From Gammaproteobacteria bacterium (GTDB lineage Bacteria; Pseudomonadota; Gammaproteobacteria; Eutrophobiales; Eutrophobiaceae), in assembly GCA_965215365.1 (NCBI GenBank), contig CBDCDS010000003.1:128001-192000 (forward strand): a DNA stretch of 64,000 bases, in the 5' to 3' direction. Under the pieces are notes generated by a model, which was not told the DNA's origin, made no database searches, and was given only the letters and a program-made list of their open reading frames with translations. This document shows positions 40,276 to 50,087 of this stretch, piece by piece; within the stretch, counting starts at the first letter, position 1; each line of letters starts with the position of its first letter. The translations under genes were made by a program, and so were the position numbers.

Positions 40276-41481
40276 CTAAATGATACTATTCTGACCCAAC
40301 TGCTCAATTTCTGCGTCGTCGTAGCCCAGCAATCCCCGGTAAATTTCATCGTTATGCTGCCCCAGTGCCGCGCCGGGCCATTTTATCCTGCCCGGGGTGG
40401 CCGACAGCCTAGGGAAGACGTTCTGCATCTTCAATTTGTCATATTTTGGGTGCGCCACATCGACGATAGTGTCCCGGGCGATGAAGTGCTCATCTGCCAG
40501 CATCTCTGGCGCGCGGTAGATGCGTCCCGCCGGCACCCCGTGTTGTTCCAGCAAGGCCAGCAACGCGCCGGCCTCATGGCGTTCGCTCCAAGCGCAAATG
40601 ATTTCATCCAGCGCTGCTTGATTATTGCCGCGGGCAATGTGCGAACTGAAGCGCTGGTCTGCTGCAAGCTCCGGCTGGCCCATGGCGTCGCACAGGCGGG
40701 CGAATACGGAATCCTGGTTGGCGCCCATGATGATCATCTCCTTATCTGCGGTGGGATAGACGTTGGACGGTGCCACCTTGTCCAAGATAGCGCCGGTGCG
40801 TTCACGGATGGCGCCAAGCTGGGTATATTCCGGCACCGTTGACTCCATGACCCCCAGCACTGCCTCGAAAATTGCCGAATCCACCACCTGGCCAACGCCG
40901 CTGCGCTGACGGGATTGCAGCGCCGAGAGCGCGCCGATGGTGGCAAACATGGCCGCCAGCGAATCGCCGATGCTGAGACCTACGCGGCTGGGCGGCGTGG
41001 AGGGATCGCCGACAATATAACGCAACCCGCCCATGGCCTCGCCGATGCCACCATAGCCGGCGCGGGTGGAGTAGGGCCCGTCCTGCCCGTAGCCCGATAC
41101 CCTGACCATAATGAGCCCCGGGTTAATTGCGGCCAGCTCCGGGTAGCCCAGGCCCCATTTCTCCATGGTGCCGGGCCGGAAATTTTCCAGTAGGATGTCC
41201 GCCTTCCCGACTAGTTCCCTGAAGATGGCCTGGCCCTGCTCAACCCGGACATCCAGGGTAATACATTTTTTGTTGCGCGCAACAATCGGCCACCACAACG
41301 GCTCGCCCTTGCCCCAGTCCCGCATCGGGTCGCCGCGCCCGGGCAGTTCGATCTTGATCACCTCGGCGCCCAAATCTGCCAGTAATTGCCCGCAGAACGG
41401 CCCGGCAATGAGTTGCCCGAGTTCGATTACGCGCACGCCTTCTAGGGCGCCGGGGGCGGTATCGTGCTGATTGCTGCTCAT
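40276..41481 (-). CDS. CaiB/BaiF family III CoA-transferase
   Basis: LEGVRVIE, AGPFCG, GAEVIKIE, ENFRPG, SGYGQDGP. Confidence 0.93.
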   Translation of the reverse strand: MSSNQHDTAPGALEGVRVIELGQLIAGPFCGQLLADLGAEVIKIELPGRGDPMRDWGKGEPLWWPIVARNKKCITLDVRVEQGQAIFRELVGKADILLENFRPGTMEKWGLGYPELAAINPGLIMVRVSGYGQDGPYSTRAGYGGIGEAMGGLRYIVGDPSTPPSRVGLSIGDSLAAMFATIGALSALQSRQRSGVGQVVDSAIFEAVLGVMESTVPEYTQLGAIRERTGAILDKVAPSNVYPTADKEMIIMGANQDSVFARLCDAMGQPELAADQRFSSHIARGNNQAALDEIICAWSERHEAGALLALLEQHGVPAGRIYRAPEMLADEHFIARDTIVDVAHPKYDKLKMQNVFPRLSATPGRIKWPGAALGQHNDEIYRGLLGYDDAEIEQLGQNSII

Positions 41482-41689
41482 AGCGTTTTGTTAAGCTCAC
41501 TTGGAAAAATCGGGAAGGTCAGGCAGCATACTACAAGGTACTGTCTGAATTGTCATGCGGAACAGCGGAATTGCTGGGACTGTCAGAGTGGGAATGGAAA
41601 TTTGTTCCGCAATAATACACGAGATATTGTAAAATACCCCATTGTAAACTGTGCTACCAATCACTGTTCACTAAACAGATCGCTATTTT

Positions 41690-42112
41690 CAACTTTTCAC
41701 GCCTCGAAACGTTGTCAGACTGCTCATTGAAATGGTTGACCCCGGCACAGAGGACAAGGTGATTGATCCCGCTTGTGGCAGCGGAGGCTTTCTTGTTGAA
41801 GCAATCAGGAACGTCTGGAAACGTATTGAAGACCGAGGTAAGTTATATGATTGGCTCATGACAGAGGTTTTGAAAGAACAACAGGGGGCTGCAAAGAATA
41901 ACTTTCGGGGTATCGATAAGGACAATTTTCTGAGTAAAGTTGCCAAGGCGTACATGGCAATCATAGGCGATGGTCGCGGAGGTATTTTTTGCGAAAACAG
42001 TCTTGATACGCCGGCGCACTGGAAAAATCTCACGCAAGAACATATTCCTCTTGATTATTTCGATGTGGTAGTGACCAATCCGCCTTTCGGAAAAAAAGCT
42101 GAAAATAGATGA
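41690..42112 (+). pseudogene. Internal fragment of an N6-adenine DNA methyltransferase (HsdM / type IIG-like)
   Basis: In-frame QLFTPRNVV, DPACGSGGFL, TNPPFG, then an early stop; lower GC than flanks. Confidence 0.8.
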
Positions 42113-42161
42113 TGGTTCCATATTGGACTCCTAGACCAGATAAAATGCCACGCCATGTAAC

Positions 42162-43118
42162 ATGACCAGCAACGTGATCATCAACAGAATCGGTATTCTT
42201 GGCGGTGGCGGTTTTGTCGGACGCACACTGGCGGCGGGGTTGTGCGCGGCCGGTTATGAGTTGAAAATATTCACGCGCCGCCGCTCCGCAAAACACTTGA
42301 GATTGAACGCGTTGCCAAACCTTGAGATGGTGGAGCTGGATGTACACGACCCGGCGCAGTTATCTGCCGGGCTCGCCGGCTGCGATGCCGTGGTCAATCT
42401 GGTCGGGATTCTGAACGCGCGGGGAACGAGTAGAGGCGGATTTCATCATGCCCATGTCGAACTGGCCGACAAGGTCATCCGCGCCTGCCAGGAAAACGGC
42501 AGCGCCCGCCTGTTGCACATGAGCGCAATTAACGCCGATGCCACAGGTGGCGCCAGCCATTATCTGCGCAGCAAGGGGTTGGCCGAAGATAATGTCCATG
42601 CCGCGCCAGACCTGCAGGTTACCAGTTACCGGCCCTCGGTGATATTTGGCCCCGAAGACAGTTTCTTCAACCGATTTGCGGCGCTGTTACGATGGATGCC
42701 GGGGGTCTTCCCACTGGCCTGTGCCAGAGCGCGGTTTGCCCCGGTGTTTGTGGAGGACGTCGCCAGGGCTATGGTCGATACACTGGCAGACCGCGCGCAT
42801 TATGGTAAACGTTACGACCTGTGTGGCCCGCGCAGCTATACGTTGCAAGAACTGGTCGAATTGACCGCCCGCTGTAGCGGCCGCAACAGGATCATCATGC
42901 CGCTGCCCGATTTTGCCGCGCGCATACAGGGCCTTGGCTTTGATCTGGCCGGTTTCGTATTCCATGCCCTGGGCATTGAACAGCCGTTCTCCACGGACAA
43001 TTACCGCTCAATGCAGGTTGATGCTGTGTGCCGGCACAACGGCTTCGCTGAGCTGGGTATCACGCCCGCGGCGCTTGAGGACATTGTGCCCGCATACCTG
43101 AGCAAGCGCCCGCGCTGA
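42162..43118 (+). CDS. NDUFA9-like NAD-dependent epimerase/dehydratase
   Basis: GGGGFVG, VNLVGIL, YLRSK, RPSVIFGPED; adjacent to cca. Confidence 0.9.
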   Translation: MTSNVIINRIGILGGGGFVGRTLAAGLCAAGYELKIFTRRRSAKHLRLNALPNLEMVELDVHDPAQLSAGLAGCDAVVNLVGILNARGTSRGGFHHAHVELADKVIRACQENGSARLLHMSAINADATGGASHYLRSKGLAEDNVHAAPDLQVTSYRPSVIFGPEDSFFNRFAALLRWMPGVFPLACARARFAPVFVEDVARAMVDTLADRAHYGKRYDLCGPRSYTLQELVELTARCSGRNRIIMPLPDFAARIQGLGFDLAGFVFHALGIEQPFSTDNYRSMQVDAVCRHNGFAELGITPAALEDIVPAYLSKRPR

Positions 43119-43128
43119 GCCGGTACTG

Positions 43129-44361
43129 ATGCAGATTTATCAGGTCGGCGGCGCAGTGCGGGATGAACTCCTGGGATTGGAGATAAAAGACCGCGATTGG
43201 GTCGTAGTCGGTGCCACGCCCGCGGCGATGACGGCTCTGGGATACCGGGCGGTCGGCAAGGATTTCCCGGTTTTCATCCATCCCGACACCGGTGAGGAGT
43301 ACGCGTTGGCCCGCACCGAACGTAAAACCGGGCCGGGCTACCGGGGATTTATCTTCAACACCTCCGCCAGCATTACCTTGGAACAGGACTTGCAGCGCCG
43401 GGACATTACTATCAATGCCATCGCCAGGGATGAACAGGGCGATCTGATCGACCCGTTCAATGGCCGCGCGGACCTAGAACGAAAAATCATCCGCCACGTC
43501 TCGGACGCATTTATCGAAGACCCGCTGCGGGTGTTGCGGGTGGCCCGCTTTGCCGCACAATTCGACTTTGCCATCGCTACCGAAACCGGGGCGTTACTCA
43601 AGGAGCTCAGCGCCATGGGAGAACTGGAGACCCTGGCACCGGAACGCATCTGGACAGAAACGGAAAAGGCCCTGCACACGCCTCGACCCCGGCGTTATTT
43701 TGAGGTACTGCGGCAATGCGGGGCGCTGGCCGCGCTGCTGCCCGAGATCGACGACCTATTCGGCGTCCCGCAGACCGCCCTTCATCACCCGGAGATCGAC
43801 AGCGGTGTGCATACGTTCATGGCACTGGAGCAGGCGGCAATCCTCAGCGACGCGGCCGCAGTGCGCTTTGGCGCGCTGGTGCACGACCTCGGCAAGGCGA
43901 CCACGCCCCGGCAGCTGTGGCCCAAACACCACGGCCACGAGGCACGCGGGGTCACTTTGGTCAATAGGCTGTGCAAGCGCCTGCGCGTGCCCAACCGCTA
44001 CCGCGAGCTTGGCGTGCTGGCCTCCCGCCATCATCTGGAATGTCATCGCATTGCAGAACTGAAGCCAACCACCATCCTGGACAAGCTGGAACGGCTTGAT
44101 GCCTGGCGCCGCCCGGAACGCTTTGAGCAGTTCCTGCTGGTCTGCGAAGCCGATGCGCGCGGGCGCAAAGGTAAAGAACATGAGGACTACCCACAGGCCG
44201 CTCTGTTCAGGAGCTACCGCGACGCATGCCACGCCATTGATACCAATTCCTCGGATTTCAATGACCTGCAAGGCGCACAGATTGCAGAACGCCTGCGCGT
44301 CAAACGGATTGCGGCCATCAGACGGCTGAAGACGCAAAAAATGCCCGGCTCTGCGATATAA
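43129..44361 (+). CDS. cca: Multifunctional CCA-adding enzyme
   Basis: VGGAVRD, DRD, EYALARTERK, RRDITINA, EDPLRVLRVARF, HD domain. Confidence 0.96.
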   Translation: MQIYQVGGAVRDELLGLEIKDRDWVVVGATPAAMTALGYRAVGKDFPVFIHPDTGEEYALARTERKTGPGYRGFIFNTSASITLEQDLQRRDITINAIARDEQGDLIDPFNGRADLERKIIRHVSDAFIEDPLRVLRVARFAAQFDFAIATETGALLKELSAMGELETLAPERIWTETEKALHTPRPRRYFEVLRQCGALAALLPEIDDLFGVPQTALHHPEIDSGVHTFMALEQAAILSDAAAVRFGALVHDLGKATTPRQLWPKHHGHEARGVTLVNRLCKRLRVPNRYRELGVLASRHHLECHRIAELKPTTILDKLERLDAWRRPERFEQFLLVCEADARGRKGKEHEDYPQAALFRSYRDACHAIDTNSSDFNDLQGAQIAERLRVKRIAAIRRLKTQKMPGSAI

Positions 44362-44391
44362 TGGCGCAGTGTCATTTCCGGAGCCACTCTG

Positions 44392-46110
44392 ATGCGTAAT
44401 TACCTTCATATCGACCTGCACAATCGTACTGTTCAAGCCGTTGCACAAACCGGGGAAGAACTGGTGCGGGTGGGGCGCTATCTGATCGCCAAGACCTTGC
44501 TTGCCGAGAACATTGCCGGTGTCGATGCCCTGTCACCCGATAACCCGTTGATTTTCTCTGCCGGACCCTTTGCCGGCACCAACTTCTCCAACGCCAACCG
44601 CACCAGCGTCGGCTGCAAGAGCCCGCTCACGGGCGGCATCAAGGAAGCCAACGCCGGCGGTACCCTAGGTGTGGCGCTGGGCCAGTTGCACCTGTCGGGC
44701 TTCACCTTGCATGGGGCCGCCGCTGACTGGGTGATCATCCACCTGCGCAAAGATGGCAGTGTCAGCTTCGACCCTGCTGCGGATTTCATGGGCCTGGGCA
44801 ACTTTGAGACGGCGGCCCGGTTGCATGAGAAATACGGCAAAAAAGTCAGTCTGGCACTGTGCGGTCCGGTGGGTGAATATCAGGGGTTGCTGGCCGGGAT
44901 TGCCGTGAGTGACACCGACCGGCGGCCTGCCCGGCTGGCTGCACGTGGGGGCGTGGGCGCAGTCATGGGCAGCAAGAAGGTGAAGGCCGTGGTGGCCGAC
45001 CTGAACCGCATGCCGACGCTGCATGAGCGTAAAAAGGTCATGGGCGCAGTGCGCAGCTATGCGGACAAACTGGGTAAGGACGCAATGATCGACAGCTTCA
45101 AGCGCTTCGGCACTGCCGCCATGGCGGACTATACCAACCATGTGGGCGGTCTGCCGGTGCGTAATTTTTCTGCCGGGCGTCTGGTCGATACCAATGTCGA
45201 AGCCATGAAAATGGGCGGCGATTTCATCCGTGAGCAAAATCTCGCCCGCGGCGGTGAGCAGGAACATGCCTGCATGCCCGGTTGCCTGATCCAGTGCAGT
45301 AACGTTTACGCCGACGCCGATGGCAACGAGGTAGTCTCGCCAGTGGAGTACGAGACTCTGGGGCTGCTGGGCACCAACTGCGGCATCAAGGAACCTGATG
45401 CTCTGGCTCGACTGAATGCCGTTGCCAACGACTTGGGTATCGACACCATCGAAGCCGGCGCTATGGTGGGCGTGCTCATGGAAGCCGGTCTGGCTGAGTT
45501 CGGCGATGTGGATTTTGCCCACAACGTGCTGGAACAGGTTCGCACCGGCACCGAACAGGGCCGGTTGTGGGCGCAAGGCACGGCCGCGGTCGGGGCACAC
45601 TATGGCGTCAAACGGGTGCCGGTCATCAAACGTCAGGCCATCAGCGCCTACGACCCGCGCGTCATCGAGGTCACCGGCGTCACCATGATGCTCACCGCCC
45701 AGGGCGCCGACCATACCGCCGGCAACGTCCCGAAAATGGAAACCGCAGACAAGTCCCTGGCTGAGATCGCCGATGCCAGCCACGACGCGCAGGTAGTCAC
45801 CGCAGCCACCGATTCCTTAGGATTTTGCATATTCGGCCGCAGCGTGACCAATGCCCAACTGGAGCTGCTCACAGACGCCATTAACGCCGCGGTGGGGACT
45901 GAGCTGCAACCCGCCTTCTTCCACGCACTGGGTCGGGAGACCCTGCGCCTAGAACGGGAGTTCAACCGGGCCGCCGGCTTCACCGAGGCCGATGATGAGC
46001 TACCCGAGTTCTTCTACACCGAAGCACTGGAGCCGAGCAACCGCGTGGCCCGCTTTCATGCCAGGGAGGTCAACGAATTTGCCGACAACTGGTGGCGGCA
46101 ACAGGACTGA
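44392..46110 (+). CDS. Aldehyde:ferredoxin oxidoreductase family (tungsten AOR/WOR)
   Basis: KSPLTGGIKEANAGG, ARGGVGAVMGSKKVKA, CMPGCLIQC, EYET, GIDTI, YDPR. Confidence 0.9.
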   Translation: MRNYLHIDLHNRTVQAVAQTGEELVRVGRYLIAKTLLAENIAGVDALSPDNPLIFSAGPFAGTNFSNANRTSVGCKSPLTGGIKEANAGGTLGVALGQLHLSGFTLHGAAADWVIIHLRKDGSVSFDPAADFMGLGNFETAARLHEKYGKKVSLALCGPVGEYQGLLAGIAVSDTDRRPARLAARGGVGAVMGSKKVKAVVADLNRMPTLHERKKVMGAVRSYADKLGKDAMIDSFKRFGTAAMADYTNHVGGLPVRNFSAGRLVDTNVEAMKMGGDFIREQNLARGGEQEHACMPGCLIQCSNVYADADGNEVVSPVEYETLGLLGTNCGIKEPDALARLNAVANDLGIDTIEAGAMVGVLMEAGLAEFGDVDFAHNVLEQVRTGTEQGRLWAQGTAAVGAHYGVKRVPVIKRQAISAYDPRVIEVTGVTMMLTAQGADHTAGNVPKMETADKSLAEIADASHDAQVVTAATDSLGFCIFGRSVTNAQLELLTDAINAAVGTELQPAFFHALGRETLRLEREFNRAAGFTEADDELPEFFYTEALEPSNRVARFHAREVNEFADNWWRQQD

Positions 46111-46125
46111 TGATGTTTTTGTTAG

Positions 46126-46181
46126 CCCGCAGATCTCACCAAGTGATGCGAAGATCGCGCCGGATTGGTTCTGCCTGCGGG
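46126..46181. mobile_element. 56 bp mini derivative of the MITE
   Basis: TTAG-CCCGCAGATCTCACC...GGTTCTGCCTGCGGG-TTAA; ends at the internal CTGCGGG motif. Confidence 0.8.
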
Positions 46182-48443
46182 TTAAAACGAATACCGGCCC
46201 TGTATCCCCCAGGTTGGCGGCTCGTTGACCGTGCCGGTGAAGGTGGTGGAATTGTAATCCATGAAGTCGAAACTCACTACCGGGGCTTCTTCATTGGTGA
46301 TGTTGCGGCCATAAGCGGAAACCTCCCAGCTGCCGTCGCCGCTGAGGTAGCCCAGGCGCAGCCCCCCTTCAATGCGATCATCGAAGGTAAATTCAACCGA
46401 GTCATATAATTTATCGCTGATCTCGCTACGGAAGAACCAGTCCGTCAGGATATACACCTCTCCCCCCAGGGCCGGTTGCCCGTAGCGAAATACCAGATTG
46501 CCTATCCAGTCCGGGGCATTCGGCAGGGTGTTGCCGTCGATCAGGTATTCACCGGCGACCTCAGGATTAGGCTCATCCAGCACCGTGCAGGCGGCACCAC
46601 AAATCGCCACGCCTAGGTCAGGGTCACTGATTTCTGTTTCGTTCAAGCTCAAGCCGGCGGTAATAAGCACACGCTCGTTCGGGGAAAATTCCAGGTCGAC
46701 CTCGAAACCGTGGCCGATGGTCTTGTCGGCGTTAATCAACCCTATGGTGTTGAAGCCGCCGCCGATAACCGCCAGTTGTTGATCGGACATCTCATAATAG
46801 TAGCCGCTGAGGTTCAAGCGCATCCTGTTGCCAAGCAGGTAGCTTTTGATGCCACCTTCCACCGACCAGATGGTTTCGGACTCGCCGACATCCGGCACGG
46901 AATTGCGCGCCAGCACACTGGGCGCCCGATAACCGCGGGAGAAGCGCGTGTACAGGTTGACCTCATCATTCACGCTGAAGGTCAGGCTGAGGTCGCCGGT
47001 CACTTCGCTGTCCGCCACCTCGGTGAGGTAGGAACCGGCGTCGATGTCGCCATTGGCTTCGGTATAAATGGCCATATGCTCCTTGTCGTCATCGGAATAA
47101 CGCAGGCCCAGCTGCAACAGCAGCCGCTCGGTGAGGTCGTAGTCGATGGAGCCGAACAGGGCCCAGGCATTGGTCTCCTGGAACTGTTGCGCCGTCAACG
47201 GCGGCACCGTCAAGGGCGGCGCGCCGAATACCGGAAACGACGATGCCGAGATCTGATTCACGCCGATATCCTCATAGAAATAGTAAAAACCCACCAGCCA
47301 GTCGAGCCGCCCCCACTCATTGCTGGCAAATCGCAGTTCCTGGGTGAACTGATCATGCGCGGCCATGATATCGCCCGTCTCCAGCGCCCAGTTGTCGCCG
47401 AACATCAGGACCTCGCGCAAGAAGGGAACATTGCCGGGGAAAATGGGGCCGCCGATGGCACCGCCGTCCACATCTCCCCGGTTATCGTGATCGAAGACGT
47501 TATGGTAGCCGGTAATTGATGTCATCGTCACTGCGCCAAAATCATGCGTGATAGTGCCGATAATGTTCCACTGCTCCAGTTCTGAGGCCGCGCGCTCAAG
47601 GGAATCATGGGCCAGTACGTGCCGATCGACGCCGGTAAAGCCCTCACCTTTGGTGAACAGACCGGCCAGAAAACCGTTCGGCCCGTGGAACATATTGTGA
47701 TAACCGACATTCAACAGCACACTGGTGTCGGCGCTGGCATCCCACTGCAACTGCACGCGCCCGGCGATTTCTTCAAAGCCGCCAAAAGCATCGTTCTCCT
47801 CATAGCCTACGGCGATGTTATCAATGTAGTGGCCACGACCGTTGTAGAATATTGAGACCCGACCGCTGAGCGACTCGCCCAGCGCGCCGCCCAGCGCCGC
47901 TTCGACGTTGCGAAAATCATACCGGCCGTAGGACACATCAAGATAGCCCTCGGTTTCTTGCGTGGGGCGCGCCGACTCAAACTTGACCACGCCGGCGGGG
48001 GTATTACGTCCGAATAAGGTGCCCTGGGGGCCGCGCAGGATCTCCACCGATTCGATATCAAACAGCGGAAACGCCTTGGCGGAGACATTCTCCAGCACCA
48101 TGTCGTCATAGACTACCGATACCGGCTGTGAGGCGTTCTGGTCAAACGAAATGTTGCCCAGCCCGCGAATATAGAAGCGCGGTGCCACGCGCCCGTTGGA
48201 AGTCTCCACATACAGGCTGGGCACCCGCGCAGTCAGAGCCAGCACATCGACGCCAGAACCCATGATAACGTTAAAATTCTCTTCGCTTAACGTGGCCACG
48301 GAGATCGGCACATCCTGGATATTCTGTGCGCGTTTCTGCGCAGTGACCACGATTTCTTCCAGTACCGCAGCCTGGGTGGGCAGCGCCAGAGCGCAGCACA
48401 GAGTAGAGTAGAACAGTGTTAAGAGGGTACGATTGCTTGACAT
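46182..48443 (-). CDS. TonB-dependent receptor
   Basis: AGGAGA SD and ATG 48443; EEIVVTAQKR, VEILRGPQGTLFGRNTPAG, C-terminal Phe. Confidence 0.93.
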   Translation of the reverse strand: MSSNRTLLTLFYSTLCCALALPTQAAVLEEIVVTAQKRAQNIQDVPISVATLSEENFNVIMGSGVDVLALTARVPSLYVETSNGRVAPRFYIRGLGNISFDQNASQPVSVVYDDMVLENVSAKAFPLFDIESVEILRGPQGTLFGRNTPAGVVKFESARPTQETEGYLDVSYGRYDFRNVEAALGGALGESLSGRVSIFYNGRGHYIDNIAVGYEENDAFGGFEEIAGRVQLQWDASADTSVLLNVGYHNMFHGPNGFLAGLFTKGEGFTGVDRHVLAHDSLERAASELEQWNIIGTITHDFGAVTMTSITGYHNVFDHDNRGDVDGGAIGGPIFPGNVPFLREVLMFGDNWALETGDIMAAHDQFTQELRFASNEWGRLDWLVGFYYFYEDIGVNQISASSFPVFGAPPLTVPPLTAQQFQETNAWALFGSIDYDLTERLLLQLGLRYSDDDKEHMAIYTEANGDIDAGSYLTEVADSEVTGDLSLTFSVNDEVNLYTRFSRGYRAPSVLARNSVPDVGESETIWSVEGGIKSYLLGNRMRLNLSGYYYEMSDQQLAVIGGGFNTIGLINADKTIGHGFEVDLEFSPNERVLITAGLSLNETEISDPDLGVAICGAACTVLDEPNPEVAGEYLIDGNTLPNAPDWIGNLVFRYGQPALGGEVYILTDWFFRSEISDKLYDSVEFTFDDRIEGGLRLGYLSGDGSWEVSAYGRNITNEEAPVVSFDFMDYNSTTFTGTVNEPPTWGIQGRYSF

Positions 48444-48552
48444 CAGATTTCTCCTGGCAGGGCGTCTCAGTCTCGGTGGTGGCCTACGGCGGGATAATAC
48501 ACCGCCTGCCGCGCATTGCAAGCGCAAATGCTGCGCTGATTTGCGTTGCCGT

Positions 48553-48580
48553 GGGTCACCTGAAAAAAACAGAGGTTCCC
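48553..48580. repeat. Degenerate GGnnnCCTC-family palindrome
   Basis: GGGTCACCTG-AAAAAAAC-AGAGGTTCCC. Confidence 0.35.
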
Positions 48581-48612
48581 GTAACAGACCCAAGCCCGAG
48601 GCGCGGCTGTGG

Positions 48613-49335
48613 CTATCCCCGGTCGGACAGTAACGCCGCTTCCAGCGCCACCAGGATCATCTGGTCGAGGCTGGTCTGGCGTGCTTCCACCGACAGTCCG
48701 GTCAGCGTCCGGGCGTCGTCGGTAACAGTACAAAGTGCGACCGCTTTGGCGCCATATTCGGCGGCCACTCCATAAATGCCGGCTACTTCCATCTCCACCA
48801 CCGGCACGTTCAGCCGTTCCATCACGTCCCACATCTCCTGACCCGGCGGCGGGTAAAAGAGGTCCGAAGAGAACACGTTCGCCACCCGGAAGGGCGCCTC
48901 CTGCGCCGTTGCTGCGCTGACCACGCTTTGCAACAGGTCGTAATCGGCCAGGGCTGCAAAATCAAAGCCGTTGAAACGGATCCGGTTTACGTTGGAGTCG
49001 GTGGACGCCCCCATGGCAATGACGATGTCCCGCAGCTGCACCGCCGCTGAGATGGTGCCGCAACTCCCGACACGGATGATGCGCTGCACGCCATAAGCAT
49101 TGATCAATTCGGTACAATACATACAGGCCGAAGGAATGCCCACGCCATGCGCCACGACCGAAATCCTCATGCCTTTATAAAAACCGGTGAACCCCAGCAT
49201 GTTACGCACATCGGTTACCTGGCGCGCCTCAGTAAGATAGTTCTCTGCGATATATTGCGCCCGTAACGGGTCCCCGGGCATCAGCGCCATCTCGGCAAAA
49301 TCCCCCAGCGCGGCGTTAAAGATGCTTGCAGTCAT
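48613..49335 (-). CDS. deoD: Purine-nucleoside phosphorylase (DeoD type)
   Basis: MPGDPLRAQYIAENYL, VRNMLGFTG, GVGIPS, RVGSCG, VEME. Confidence 0.93.
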   Translation of the reverse strand: MTASIFNAALGDFAEMALMPGDPLRAQYIAENYLTEARQVTDVRNMLGFTGFYKGMRISVVAHGVGIPSACMYCTELINAYGVQRIIRVGSCGTISAAVQLRDIVIAMGASTDSNVNRIRFNGFDFAALADYDLLQSVVSAATAQEAPFRVANVFSSDLFYPPPGQEMWDVMERLNVPVVEMEVAGIYGVAAEYGAKAVALCTVTDDARTLTGLSVEARQTSLDQMILVALEAALLSDRG

Positions 49336-49410
49336 GTTGTTGCCTCAGTTTTTCGGTGTTGATCTTCCACCTGAAAATATTACCATGCAACTTCAACCTG
49401 CGCTTGCAAC

Positions 49411-49920
49411 ATGAACAGCATACCGAAAATCACCGCCGAACCTTTGCAGGTGGATAATTTTTCTGAGTTTGGAGCGGTCATCCAAAGGCCGCCTGCGGGG
49501 GTTCGCCGATATTACAATGAACTTCTCGAGAATAGCCGCGCAGATGCACGGGTTGACCTGTCCCTTGCCTCAATCGCGCCGGTCGGCAATTTACCCATGC
49601 GTGCGACCGTGATGGAACGCCACCCGTTTTCCAGTCAGACTTTCCTGCCATTGCAAGCCTCCAGATATTTAGTCATTGTCGCGCCGGATAATGACGACGG
49701 GAGCCCGGACTTAACACGAGTCAGGGCGTTTGTGTCCGGGAGCGATCAGGGCATTACCTACCGCTGCGGCGTCTGGCACCATGGCATGACCGTGCTTGAT
49801 GAGACTGCGGTGATGGCTATAGTAATGTGGTGTGACGGCAGTAGCAAAGATGAGGAGCTTGTGACGCTTGAGACGCCCTTTGACGTTGAACCTCTCCGAA
49901 AGGCTCAGCGGCGGTCGTGA
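49411..49920 (+). CDS. allA: Ureidoglycolate lyase family
   Basis: FSEFGAVI, MERHPFSSQTFLP, QGITYRCGVWHH. Confidence 0.85.
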   Translation: MNSIPKITAEPLQVDNFSEFGAVIQRPPAGVRRYYNELLENSRADARVDLSLASIAPVGNLPMRATVMERHPFSSQTFLPLQASRYLVIVAPDNDDGSPDLTRVRAFVSGSDQGITYRCGVWHHGMTVLDETAVMAIVMWCDGSSKDEELVTLETPFDVEPLRKAQRRS

Positions 49921-49922
49921 AC

Positions 49923-49999
49923 TGGCGCCCTGGAGAGGATTCGAACCTCTGACCTTCCGCTTAGGAGGCGGACGCTCTATCCTGCTGAGCTACCAGGGC
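49923..49999 (-). tRNA. tRNA-Arg (anticodon CCT)
   Basis: Reverse complement GCCCTGGTAGCTCAGCAGGATAGAGC...CTCCTAA...GGTTCGAATCC...CAGGGCGCCA; 77 nt. Confidence 0.96.
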
Positions 50000-50087
50000 A
50001 TGTTTGTAGGCAGTACGGCTGTGCGACCTCCAAGCATATCATCTATCGTTTCGCCTTGAGTTAAAATGAGTCAATAATCGTTCTGTC

